Source: Dipteris shenzhenensis (taxonomy: Eukaryota). From it: a stretch of 64,000 nucleotides of DNA. Both the position numbers and the translations under genes were made by a program. The DNA lies in NCBI GenBank assembly GCA_047967505.1, contig CM106538.1; one strand, written 5' to 3'. The notes under the pieces are model-generated. The model was not told where the DNA came from and did no database searches. It was given only the letters and a program-made list of their open reading frames with translations. This document shows positions 47,709-60,085 of this stretch, piece by piece (the first letter of the stretch is position 1; every line of letters begins with the position of its first letter).

Positions 47709-47711
<3 letters not shown>
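46451..47711 (-). mobile_element. ORF1-only (HAL1-like) non-autonomous non-LTR element with RTE-X family 2 3' end
   Basis: Broken ORF 47454-46637 with coiled coil, ILRIGGLP and KLKGTRIWISEEFT...GKW.VYRDG (LINE ORF1p RRM/CTD-like), then ~190 bp to a 3' terminus matching 13483-13530; bounded by microsatellites. Confidence 0.65.

Positions 47712-47769
<58 letters not shown>
47712..47769. repeat. (GA)n microsatellite
   Basis: Directly visible. Confidence 0.95.
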
Positions 47770-47775
<6 letters not shown>

Positions 47776-47779
47776 GATT

Positions 47780-47851
47780 GAAACGCAGTACCGTTTCGAG
47801 AGCCCCGAAACTGAGTTTCTGGAGCCCCAAAACTGAGTTTCTGGAAACTAT
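47780..47851. mobile_element. hAT-type terminus fragment
   Basis: Ends GGAAACTATG (revcomp CATAGTTTCC, same as the CA(C/T)AGTT TIR family) with a duplicated 22-bp subterminal unit. Confidence 0.5.
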
Positions 47852-47869
47852 GCTAGGAGCTTTGAGACC

Positions 47870-48460
47870 GCCCTTGTATTAAAGCCCTCTTGAGACCCTT
47901 CAGGATCTATGGGACTGGTGGTCTCTATAAAAAATAGTGATCCTTTACATTTGGTGAATTAGAAGACTCTTTGGGCTAATCCAAGTCGTTTCGGTGTTCC
48001 AAAACTTCTTTAGGTAGCTCCCTAGCTTTGTAGCTGGCTGTTCCAATAGATGTTTCAGGCTGCCTCTGCTGTTTTCATACCTTTCTCTGATGTCTGCATA
48101 GGCCTGGCATCTTAGGAGTACATGCTGCTCATTTTCTACCTCTCCCATGTGGCAGATTTTGCATATTCTTTCTTCTCTTCGGACCCTCAGTCTTGTCCAC
48201 CTTCCCTTCTCCACTTCTAGGCTGGTTTTCATTTTGCATATTAGATACTTTTTGAACATGGATATGTCTTCTCCAAGGTAGTTTTTGCATCCCATAGCTA
48301 CCCATTGGATTAATTTCTTTTTTATAGAACTGCATTTTCGCACCCAAGTCTTGCCATAGTTTTTTTAGCATATTCTGTATCACTAACTCTTCATCTCACA
48401 TGTATCCTCTAGAATATCAGCAGCTGTTATACCCATAATTCCATCCATTTCATCCATTCT
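47870..48460 (-). mobile_element. RTE-X-like LINE family 3, 3' fragment
   Basis: LEVEKGRW...REERICKICHMGEVENEQHVLLRCQAYADIR; 3' stem-loop at 47883-47916. Confidence 0.8.
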
Positions 48461-49091
48461 CGGAGAGGAACGAGGGCTAACAGCCATGGAGGAGGTTTAT
48501 ACAACTAGCAAATACCGCTCACAGTAATGACATAGACAGATATCGGTAGGCCAAGCCTTGCAGAAACGCTCCTGTCTTTTGGCGGTTGCTCTAGGACTTG
48601 AGTCCTGCAGTCACAGTGGTGCGTAGGGTGTAGATGATGTCCCGCGAGATGGCAACCAAAGGGGCTGCCAGGGAACTTGATGGGCTCCCATCACAAAACT
48701 TGCAAGCAGGCAACTCAAATGTTCCAAGCAATGATGGTGGACATCGTCTCCCATACACTATCCTCTAGTGAAGGAGAAGGGCACGGGCAGATGGAGGCGC
48801 TGCATCATATGCCTCTATCTTTAGAACACGCTAGCCTTGAATCCTGTAGGTTGGAGAGACTGGGTCAATGGAGAAGGCATGCCCTCTCCCCGTCAGCCAC
48901 ACAGCCATCCCCTAGGTAAAGTATTACTTTGTGTGCTGGCCACAATCTTGAGGGCTCCCATTCAAATTCTCTGCGCTGCCGGGCAGCCCCAAAGGTAGTG
49001 CAAAATTGTCTCCAGATCTCTGTGACGAAGGCATTTACCATCTCACAATTGCTCCAACCACGCGCCGATGGGCAAGCCTCCATGTGGCACC

Positions 49092-49630
49092 CACAGTTAC
49101 CAGGGAACGGTGTTCCGTCTTCCTCGAACGTGGGAACACCGTTCCCAGGTGGAGGGCCTATCGGGAACGCCTAGGAACGTTACCAGTACTGGGAATGCCA
49201 GGGAACACCTGGGGAACGTTCCGGGAACGTTGTCAGAATGTGTTCGAGCCCTAGGAACAGGCGTTCCCGTTTTTGGTCTGCGCGGGGAACGGCTTTTGCC
49301 TACAGGGCTTGTTAGTGGGTTTTTCCACTTTCCACCCCCTTCCACTCAGCCCCCTCCCCTCCCACTCCCTGCTACTCAAGTCTCAGCCCCCTCTCCTTCC
49401 ACTCAGCCCCTCTTCCTCCTACTCCCTCTCCTTCCACTCAGCCCCCTCTCCTTCTACTCCTTCTACTCAGCCCCCTCTCCTTCTACTCCCTTCTCCACTC
49501 AGCCCCCTCCCCTTCCACTCCCTTCTCCACCCCCTTCCGGTCAGCCACTTAGCCCCCTCTCCTTCCACTCCCTTCAGCCCCCTTTTCTCACTCGTGTTCC
49601 GGAAACGTTCCTGCTCCTTGGTAACTAATG
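49092..49630. mobile_element. Non-autonomous hAT-like element
   Basis: CACAGTTACCAGGGAAC at the left and imperfect inverted CCTTGGTAACTAATG at the right; GGAAC subterminal motifs; CT-rich repeats; no TSD seen. Confidence 0.6.
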
Positions 49631-50432
49631 CGCTTTTTTTCAACTTGCAATTGCTAAAAAGAGGTGCAGAGTATCTACTTGAAGCCTCATAGTAATATAT
49701 TCACTTGGGCATAATGCATAATGCAAAAGCCTGTAAGTCTAGACTCTAAAGTAGAGTGGCCATATGTCTTTGACTACTCAATGGGCTCTACATATTCTCT
49801 CTTTCATGAGGTAGCTCAAGAAAAAGATGTCCCACAACTATTTGTGTAATTGGAAGATTGTCTCTGTATGCACATCTAGTCCTTTAACAAAGGAAATACT
49901 ACTCATTAAATGACTAGAATGTACAGAGGGAGAGGAGGAAATGAATGAGAGCGATCCAGTGTTGCCAGAACATTGACAATACATAGAGTTAAAGCCATGG
50001 ATTGTTGAAGGGAAATCTCGATTGATGTATATATACTACAACAGAAGAGCTCAAAACAAGTTCTTTCATTCTACCATCCCATTCTGTTGCGGTGTCCTTG
50101 CTGCTATCAGTTGTCTCTTTTCAATTCGCTTGTAGTAATTGTCAAATTCAATCGACGTGAAGTCACTCCCTCTGTAAGGCGAAGAATCTTCGGCTTGTTC
50201 CTAGTCTCACGTTCTACCTTCATCCTCCATTCTCCAAATTTGTCAAAGGCCTTTAGTCTTCTTGGATAAAGTATAGCTCCACTTGCTTGGTAATTCATTT
50301 ATTGCATATTTTTATTGTTTGAAATTTCCAGCTCTTTAAATTAGGATGTTTTCCAAAAGAATGCATACGTTTTCCTAAAGTTCAGTTAGGTACTAGTTGG
50401 CTAGGGTCTAGCATTTGCGGGTGGACCCGCAT

Positions 50433-53400
50433 TGAACAGCACAAGACCGATAGAATAGCGCAGGAGCTCACATAGTGTGGTGTAGGGTGTGGAATCACAA
50501 ACATCTTAAACTTGCATAGGATAGATGTGCAAACTCATCAATAGACAATGAACCAGCCAGATATAGAAACCACCAAAATAATATATTTCCGTCCAAAGCT
50601 ATGGACACAATACAAAAGAGAGAGATTCAAAGTCCCACCAATGGTGTGGTCCTCTGATCTTACCACAAGGTACTTCTCCTATCTGCCGACTATCTCTAGA
50701 CTCGAGCCCGCGTGCTCCACCTCGAGCGTCCGTAGACTCAATGAAACCGGCCTCTAATCACTTAGAGGGCAGTGGAACTAAACCTTTAATCACTTCAGTA
50801 CTTATTTACAGCTCACAAAGCATAGATCACAACCATTAACCTTTGCATGATCACCATTTGGCATTCACCCATTTGTTCACAAACAAAACCACTGAAAAAG
50901 GGATGGAGGCTAGAATGCCTCTGCTCAACAAACATAGACAAGTGCACCCTATTGGCCCCAAACACCATGGCGCCCCTTTTGGTATTTCTTTATATTTCAC
51001 AGTGAAATGATTACAAGTTGCATCTAGGAGACCTTCGCTGCAACTGAGTACGCAGCCCCAATTCACTGAGCCTTCGCAAGGCTTTCAAGCTAGAACACCA
51101 TCACATAAGTGCAGTTAACCCATAGGCTCAATCCAAAGGCATTCTCTTTTCCGAGTGCAATTCCCATTGGCTGTCCAGATGCAATCACACTGCACCCTAG
51201 CTGCACTCTCTTTGAGTGGTTTCCAGATGGCATTCACAAAGCTTTTCAAAGCTCTAAAATAAAATCAGCAAAGTACCCAACCAAAGAATGACTCATGTAG
51301 CACTGCCTGGGCACCTGTGAACCAAGAAAGAGGCGGCACACGAGGCCAACCAATAGCTTATGGAAAAAAGAAGCAGCAAAATCACAACTCACCAAGCCTT
51401 GAAAACTCGAACCAAGTCCTCAATCGCCAAGAGGACATAGTAGCCAATGCCCAATTGCATTCTCAGCCAAAGAGGAGTGCAAAGGCATGAAGAAAGAGCA
51501 TTTACAAGAGCAGACCAGCAAGAATTCCATTGAAAAATGTGAAAAGAAGCACTTTTGTCGCGAAGAAATGGGAGTTCTTGGGCTCAAAAGAAGCGTGCTT
51601 CAGAGAGGAATGGATTGAGAAGGTTTTGGAGAAGTTTCATTGCCGGAAAGTCCTCCAAAACTGAGAAAACCAGTCAACCAGCGCGTGGGACCTCTCGAAA
51701 TTCAACAAAAAGCTGTAGCTTTGCAAGAGGAGAAGCCCAGGAGGCGGTAGAAGCAAAAAGGTCCAGAAAATGCCACTTTTGCAAATTCGACCAGCAAAAG
51801 AAGTGCTCAGCTCTGCCCGTTCAGGGAAAAGCATATCACTACGAAGGGGAGGAAGAGGGGAAGCCATCGGGCCAAACGGAAGTTGAGGAATCCAAACAGG
51901 TGAGGAGTTATGAAGAAAAACGGAATTCAGGTGAAGGAGGCTGAAAAACCAGTCCAAAATCTCAACAAAGGGAGAAGATGAGAGAGAAAACCACACATGT
52001 GAAGTTTAGAAGGCCCATGAAGGTCCAGGAATGGCAAAGGAGCATGTAGAAGGCACTAGAGCCACCTGGAACTATAGGGGGGGCCACTGAAGGTACATGG
52101 CCCTCTAGGGGGCCCATTAAAAATGCCACATCATCATTTCCCAACAACCACTCTTTTAATTCCTTGGAATGCCTTTGGGCCTAGGGATTAATTACGCTTA
52201 TGTGCTAGGCACCATGCTGCGTTTAATTACACATTATTAAGCCCATGCTTGGACTTTTGAAACCAAAGTTGTCACGGTCTTGTAGTACATTAAAGTACTT
52301 AGAATTTCACGCCCCCGTGACATACCCCTCTCTTGAAACAGCTGCCCCAAAACACAGGAGTGAGCATGAAATATAGCATGAAAGAGTATACAACAAAGCC
52401 GCAGCTATAGTATATAGAGAGAGTGAAAATATGGCTAGGAGAGGCATGCATCCATCGCTCAAAATCTATGTGATCCTCGGCGATCAACAGTCAAGATGGA
52501 TCAATATCATGAAGTCTCACAGCAGAAATACTGTCAGCTTAGCATCTCGGATGAAACATACAGTGTCATCAAGCGACCTCATGAAATAACGGTGAGCCCG
52601 TCTGTAGTGAGGGAGTGGAGGTGGTACCCCCCTCTCGAACACCAGGTAATGCTCCAGATGCTCGCTTTGCTGAACTACCTGTAGGAGCCCGGACCGCAGT
52701 CGGCTCTAATTGAAAAGCATTAAGGTAAAGCTGCAATATCCTAGGTGAATCTGCCAGTTCACCTTCCTCCATGCATTTCGCATCAAGTGATGGGTAGTTT
52801 TGAAATTTTACCAAGTAGCGATGGATAACTTTACCCTTGAGCTTTCTATCTCTGTGTGCCAGAATCTGCTATGGGACCAGAAGTTCATCCTGTTCTTCCA
52901 CTTCAGGCTGCAATATTACTTTAATAAGCTCATCAGGTAAATTCTCGGGAATATCTCCATGATATTACTTTAATAAGCTCACATGAAAGGCATTAGGTAT
53001 CTTCCAATGCGGAGGCAACTTCAGCCTGTAAGCTATCTCGTTTATCTTTTCAGAAACCTGGAAAGGACCATAGTAACGCATATTCAGCTTTGTGTACAAC
53101 CTTTCCTTGCCTTTCTTATATTTCAGCCTTGCCTTCTGAAAACGCAGCAAAACCCAATCACCTTCTGTGCATACCAATTCTGTGCGGTGCTTATCTGCTG
53201 CTCTTTTCTGCTTGTCCTGACTTCTTTGCAAGGCATATTTGATCTTCTTGTAAGCCTCTTCAAGGCTTTCCACAAAACGATCAGCCTCGAAGATTTTCTC
53301 TTTTGTATGCAAAATGGGAGGTATCTTCCTGGCACCTTCCACTATTTCAAAAGGTGCTTTACCTGTGGATGTGTGTACCGTATTATTGTAAGCATATTCC

Positions 53401-56400
53401 AGCAAAGTCAAATAATGCTCCCATTTGCTTTTGTGGTCTGAGACATAGCATTTAAACATATCCAAGATGGTAGAGTTTTCCTGCTCCGATTGTCCATCAG
53501 ACTGAGGGTAAAAAGATGACGAATCCTCGGATCTCTATCACTGAATATGGATTCAGGCATCCCATGATACTTGAAGACATGCTGCAGAAACAATTTGGCC
53601 ATTTGATCTGCTGTAATTTTCTTTCTTACTGGCACAAAGTGGGCTTGTTTGCTAAATCTGCAAATTATTGTCCACAATCCATCATGTCCAGTAGGAGTAC
53701 GTGGAAGATCAAACACAAAATCCATAGCTATGCTTTGCCATGGTCTATCCGGAATTGGCAAAGGGTGTAACAACCCAGGTGCCTTCTGCCTGTCAAACTT
53801 TACTTTATGACAAACCATGCATGTTCTCACATATTCTTTCACATCTTTCCTCAAAGATGGCCAATAAAAGTATTGCTCCATTGCTGTAATTGTTGCTGTA
53901 ATTCCCCTATGTCCTGCATATGGAAGAGCATGACTTTCCATTATGACTTTCTATCGCATCTGATCAGTGACACAGAGTCGTCCATGCATCAAAATGAAAC
54001 CCTCTTTCAACATATAGTGATCATGCCTTTGACCATCAGAAAGCTGATCATAAATAGTTGAAAAATCAGCATAATTAACATATTGATCTTTCATCACATC
54101 TAACACATTGTTGTAAGCAATGCTCACTGCTGAAACACTGGGTTTCTTGGAGACTGCTTCAAGTTGTGGTTTCCTGGAAAGTGCATCAGCCACGACATTT
54201 TTGTTACCCGGCACATGTACAATTTGAAAATGAAACATTGAGAGGAAGTTAGCCCATCTCATGTGCTTTTCAGATAATTTTCTCTGCGTGAGAAAATATC
54301 TAAGTGACTGATGATCTGTCTGCACATAAAGATCAGCTCCAAGAAGGTAATGTTTCCATGTGGTTAAAGCATGTATCACTGCTAACATTTCCTTCTCGTA
54401 TGTCTGCAAGTACAATTCAGCATGTTTGAGAACTCTACTCTCATATGCAACCACTCTGACATCTTGCATCAAAGTGCCTCCTATGCTGTTCCCACATGCA
54501 TCACAAGTTACAGCAAAGGGTTTTGCAAGATCTGGCAAGATAATAACGGGTTCAGAACACAACTTTTGCTTGAGGTCTTCAAAAGCTGCATTTTCCTTTG
54601 GTCCCCACCGAAACGGTATAGCTTTCTTTTGTAAAGCATGCAAGGGAGAAGCAATTTCTGCAAAGTACTTTATAAACCTCCGATAGTATGAACACAACCC
54701 AAGAAAGCTTCTGACTTCATGCATATTTTTCAAAATTGTCCAACTCCTTATGGCCTCAACTTTTGCAGGATCCATCTTGACTCCATCCTTTGACACTATA
54801 TGACCGAGAAAATGAATCTCATGCATAAAGAACTCACTTTTCTTGGTGTTTATCAATAGCTTGTGTCTTTTCAACTCTTGAAATACAATAGTGAGATGTT
54901 TCCTGTGCTCCTGCTCATTTTTAGAGAACACAATGATGTCATCGAAGAAAGTGCCCACAAACTTTCTGTGTGCTCTAAAAATTCTGTCCATCATTCTATT
55001 GAAAGTAGCAGGTGCATTAGTCAAACCAAAAGGCATCACAAGGAACTCATATAAGCCAAATGAAGTGCGGAAGGCAGTCTTGTAGACATCTTCAGGCCAA
55101 CGGTTCTTAATTGTGACTTTATTCAAAGCCCTATAATCAATACACATTCTCCAACTGCCATCCTTCTTTTGTACAAGCAACACAGGGGAACAGTAAGTTG
55201 GCTGTATTAATTACTTCACTTGTGACATTATCTCTTCCTGTTGTGCCTTACTGACACGATAGGGAGGTATATTAGGCGGTGAGCTTCCTGGAATTATATC
55301 AATTTGATGATCCTCGGGCCTCTTGGGAGGTAATTCTTGAGGAAGTGCATCTGAGAAACAATCCTGAAAATCTGAAATAAAAGCAGCCCTTTCTCTATCT
55401 AAAGCAGAAAGAGTAGAGCCTTCCTGAATTGGTTGGTTGTCCTCTTTGACAAAAATCAAGTACGCTGAAATATGACGCTTTATTACATTGGAAATACAAG
55501 AAGCTGAAACTACAGGGATGGAGTCGCCTTTCAACTTTACATCAAGTACATGATTTTTGCCTCTATGAGTTAAAGAAATCTTCTTGTTTCTCATCTGCAC
55601 ATCAGCCCCCACCCTGTACATCCAAGGCATCCCAAGCAAAGCATCACACTTTGGCAAAGGCATAATGTAGAAGTCCTCTGCATCCTGATATCCCTGGATA
55701 TGCATCCTCAACTTGCCAATGATAGGAGTGACAGGTGTGTTGAGTTCAGGGTTGGCCATATCACACATGCCAGATGGCCCCATTTCCTCAGGCTTGATGC
55801 CAAGCCTTCTTGCCATATCAGGAGTTACGAAATTCTCCTTTGCCCCAGAATCAAAGAAAAACAAACAATTCTGATTTCTGATTTTTCCCCATGCTCTGCA
55901 CATCTCAGTCTTTTTCGTTTCTTCTTCATCATGTGCATGTGGCAAACTCCCAATCACATCTGGAAGAAGTCCTGCGGAAGGTTTAGGCCTTTTGCCCTTC
56001 CGATCAGCCTGTTTATCATGATTCTTATCATCATCTGACGTGTCTCTTTCTTGAATGGGCAATCATGAGAAGTGTCCCTCTCCTTTGCATATAAAACATT
56101 TGTTTTGCTCCATGAGTGACTTTTTATCTTCATCAGATAACTTGGTACGGGGCTGTTTATTAGGCTGTCCACGCCTTTGACCAGCTTTGAATTGGGCTTT
56201 TCCTTCCTTTTGAAACGGTCGTTTGCCATTATTTTTATTTTCAGATTTGATGTCCTTATCCTGGTGTTTGGCAGCCCATTTGTTGTCTTCTTTCTTGCTG
56301 TCCATAAAGCCCAAATTCTTCTCCTGCATCCATGCATATGCTGTCCTTGCATTCTCAATTAATTGAGTCATAGAACCCACCTTGGTTTTGATGCAATAAT

Positions 56401-57616
56401 CACGTAGCTCACTGGGCAATCCACAACAGTACCTCTCTATTTGCTCTTTCAAAGAAACATGCCTATAAGAGCTCAATGGCAGCAAAACGTCCCAAAACCT
56501 CTGGATGTAATCATCAAGATTCTTGCAAAGTTTGTATGACAAGTCATGCCAGTGTGAAAGTACTTCAACTTAAAAAGTTGGAGTAAGCTAAGTAGAAGAG
56601 AACACTTGCTTAAATTCCAGCCAAGTAGCAGGTGCATCTCCATGAAGCATAAGGTTGGTGTACCACTTAAGTGCATTGCGTTTCAAAAATGTGGCGACCT
56701 TCCTCATCTTGGATGCTTCTGTAAACAAACTCCCAAGAAATGCAGCATCAAACTGTTGCAGGAATGTGAGGGCTTTGTACCTGTCCTGTACTCCATTATA
56801 TGTATCAAACTTGACATGAGAACCACCATCCTTAAATTCTTTATATACATTTGATATTGGCTGTCCCAAAGATGGCTGTATATTTGCAGCATTCCCTTCA
56901 CTAGGGAGAGCCATGCTTGGCTGAACATTAGGCATGGGAGCATATGCTGTGGCTTGCATGCTTGGCTGCATTCCCACATTGTCATACATGGCTTGCTTTC
57001 TATGCCCAATTGGCGGTGAAATCAACATAGCATCAAAGATAGAATTTGTACCAAAATATTCAGGTTGCTGCCTCAAATATGGCTGAGGTGGTTGAGCCAC
57101 ATTTATGGACTGCACATTATTATTTTGAGGAGTAGAAGTACCCAAACCAAGGCCTTGTGCTGGCTGCTGTTGCACTGGCTGTACTTTTTGTACCTCTTTC
57201 TCAAGTGCTCTTTTGGGTGATCCCTCTCTCTTGGAAGTCACTTTCTGAGTCAATTTTGATGGCTGTCCCTCATGGGAAAGTGATGCATGAGTGTGCGGTC
57301 TGCCATGACAAGCTGATGCATGTGTGTACTCACTCTTTCCGTGCTTGTGCTTTGTTGATTTCTTCTTCTTCTTGGCATTTGTTTACACAATATGAGCCAA
57401 ATTTTGAGCCAGCTGAGTCAAAGTAGTCACTGCACTTGCAAGCTGTGCATTCAACATAGTAGCATCATCTGACTCACTGCTAGAACTAGTATCACTGTTG
57501 AGCTCAGTTGTAGCTTCATGTGTGGCCTACTCAAAAGGCATTTGTTGTGCTCCCTGTAGCTGTACACTAGCTGGATCATTAAGGCTTTCTTGCCTTCTTC
57601 TTTGAGGAGTTGTGGA
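50433..57616 (-). mobile_element. Ty3/gypsy element C (chromovirus-like), 5' end lost at the hAT junction
   Basis: gag 56063-57253, protease (FDSGA) 55211-56062, RT/RH 53951-55183 (FFDD), integrase 52965-53941, chromodomain (YLVKFQNYPSLDAK); PPT AAGAGAGGGGTA; 3' LTR 52322 to ~50433. Confidence 0.92.
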
Positions 57617-60085
57617 CACAGTTACGTTGAAATGCATTTCAGAGCCTAGCCAGGCTTGAAACGTCGTTTCAGAGAAGCCCCGTTTTCTGAAATGCGTTTC
57701 AGGGTCCTGAAACGGATGGCTGAAACGTTTCAGCTAAACTGAAACGCGTTTCAGAGCCTTGAAATGTGCTGTTTCAGACAACACATGCTGCTAGGTCTCC
57801 AAAATTACGCGAAATCCGCCGCCAGTCCCATTTTTTTTCTTTTTGCTTTCGATTTTGGCCTCCTTCCACTCCTTCAGTCTCATACTCTCTCCATCCTCAA
57901 GGTTTTCCAGCCCTGCTTCAGCCCCATTCACTCCTTTCCTCTCCTTTCTCTCCTGTAGCCTACTTCAGCCTTCCATCATCATCTACTCCCCTCCAGCCCC
58001 TCTTTCAGCCCTCTCTTTCAGCCTTCTGTTTCCTCCTCTTTCAGGCCCCACTTTCAAGTTTCAGCCCTCTCTTTCAACCCTTGGCTCTCTTTGCAGTTTC
58101 AGCCCCTCTTTCAAGCAACAAGCTTCCATGGCTTCAAGACACCCTACCCCTGAGTCTCATTCCGAGGTAGAATTCACCCAATCAGATTTTTGGTGGAGTC
58201 AAGTCGATCTCCTATGTGCCTACGACTCCAAGAAAGGAGGCCCTCGCAAGTTCATGTGCAGGCTTTGTGGATTGAAAAGAGGTGGGATTCCTGATAGGGT
58301 GAAGGCCCATCTTCTTGGCATCAAGGGAGAGGGGATTACAATATGCAATGAAATATCCGAGGAAGAGAAAGCAAGGTTGGCACGAGAGGTGGAGGCATTT
58401 CCTTCCGCAAAGAAAGGTAGGACTATTGCATCCCATGGAGGAGCTACTTCAGGTGCTCATATGGCTAGTGCAAAAAGGAGTCCTCTTCCCTCTGCTGCTG
58501 CTACTACAATTTCATCTTCTGGGAGTGCACATGTTCTTGGAGCTACAAGTTCTACTCCTACTGCGTCTCCTTCACCTCTCTCACCTACACGAAGGCAAAG
58601 CACCCTTTATACTGCATGGCATCCACAAAGGAAGGCACAGGTAGATGCAGCCGTGGCCTGTTTCTTTTACTCGAATGGGATTAGTTTCAATGTGGCACGG
58701 TCTGCTTATTTCAAGGAGATGGTGACTGAAATTACAGCCTTTGGGCCCACATACACCCCTCCCACTTTTGATGCATTGAGGGGAAAGCTTCTAGAGGATG
58801 AGGTGAAGGCAGTTAATGAGGCCATTCAGCCTGTTAAGAAGAAACGGCATACGTATGGGGTCACTTTGGTAGCAGATGGCTGGAGTGATGTACGTAGTCG
58901 ATCACTAGAGGATATTTTGGCATATTGTAGAGGATCTTCTTTTTACATACACTCCATAGAGTGCGGAGTACAAGAAAAAACAGCAAATGTTTTGATGCAG
59001 ATGTGGGCAGATGCAGTGGAGTATGTGGGCCCGTCTAATGTTGTGCAGTTTGTTTCAGATGGTGAAAATACCAATAGGGCTGCAGGTGCATTATTGGAAC
59101 AAAGATACCCCCATATTCAATGGAGTTCTTGTGTTGCCCATTGTTTGAATAATTTGTTGAAAGACATTGGCAAATTACCTCGGGTAAAAATTGTAATTGA
59201 TAATGGAAGAGAGAGAGTTGGGTTCATTACACGCCATCATTTTTCTCTCTCTTTGTATCGCACCTATGCAAGGAAGGAGCTTTTGAAGTATGCAGAGACA
59301 AGGTTTGCATACAATTATATGATGCTTCGCAGACTCATTGAAATGAGACCTGCTCTTAAACAGGTTGTGGCAAGCCCACAGTGGGATGCATGGCCCACTT
59401 CAAAGCAGGCTCTTGGGATATTGGTGTACGATTTGTGCATAGGCAGCGACGACTTTTGGGCTGATGCATCACACTTGTACGACTTGTGTAAGCCGATTGT
59501 CTTGTTGCTAAAAAAGGTTGATGGAGACATGTCTTTTATTGGCAAGGTATATGAGGGGATGGATCGTATGATAGAAAATATCAAAGTGTTAGAGAAAGAT
59601 CCCCACAGGTTGAAAGAGCTCGAGGACTTGGCTGTGACTAGGTGGAATCAGTAGTACTCTCCCATTCATGCGGCTGCATTTGTGTTGGACCCAGAGTTTC
59701 AACACAAGGCAACTGCACAACAAAGTGATGCAGAGGTGGTCCGTGGTTGGAACCTCACTCTTCAGAAGATGGTGCAAATGCCAGAGGCTTGCCGGACAGT
59801 GAAGGACCAGCTCGCCAATTACCGCAATAAGGAGGGCATATTTGGATGGCCAGATTCCCAGCATGCTCCTCCTCTTGTGAGCGCATGTGGAGCAGCTTTG
59901 CCCACATCCATACAAAGAAGAGGAACCGTCTCAAAGCACACAAGGCGAACGATCTTGTCTTTGTTAATGCAAACTTGCGTTTGCTTAACAGGATGAGACA
60001 GGAGTACACTCATGACAAGTTCATTGGTTTCCATAAACCTGATGACACCCTCACTGATGATGATGAGGGGACTTCAACACCTTGA
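57617..60085 (+). mobile_element. hAT DNA transposon, 5' terminus and transposase, 3' terminus missing
   Basis: Starts CACAGTTAC with GAAAC/GTTTC subterminal repeats; the 3' part is highly similar to 5490-6180 in inverted orientation. Confidence 0.92.
58128..60085 (+). pseudogene. hAT transposase (BED finger, DUF659/RNase-H-like core, dimerisation domain), disrupted
   Basis: CRLC...KAHL; DGWSD; VVQFVSD; CVAHCLN; ETRFA; in-frame TAG at 59652; deletion at ~59864; SCERMWS..HTKKRNRL. Confidence 0.92.

Noticed and set aside
49330-49590. CT-rich degenerate tandem repeats giving Pro/Ser-rich ORFs
   Set aside because: Internal low-complexity sequence of a hAT-like element, similar to 57860-58110; no splice or codon evidence.
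56055-56075. In-frame TGA between gag and protease ORFs as programmed readthrough
   Set aside because: The CCHC knuckle is completed (HDCP) in another frame, indicating frameshift decay rather than readthrough.
57843-59654. Longest ORF (603 aa) as a host or domesticated gene
   Set aside because: It is a hAT transposase with a premature stop, a deletion, a transposon terminus and a second copy in the window; the first ~95 codons are CT-rich leader.
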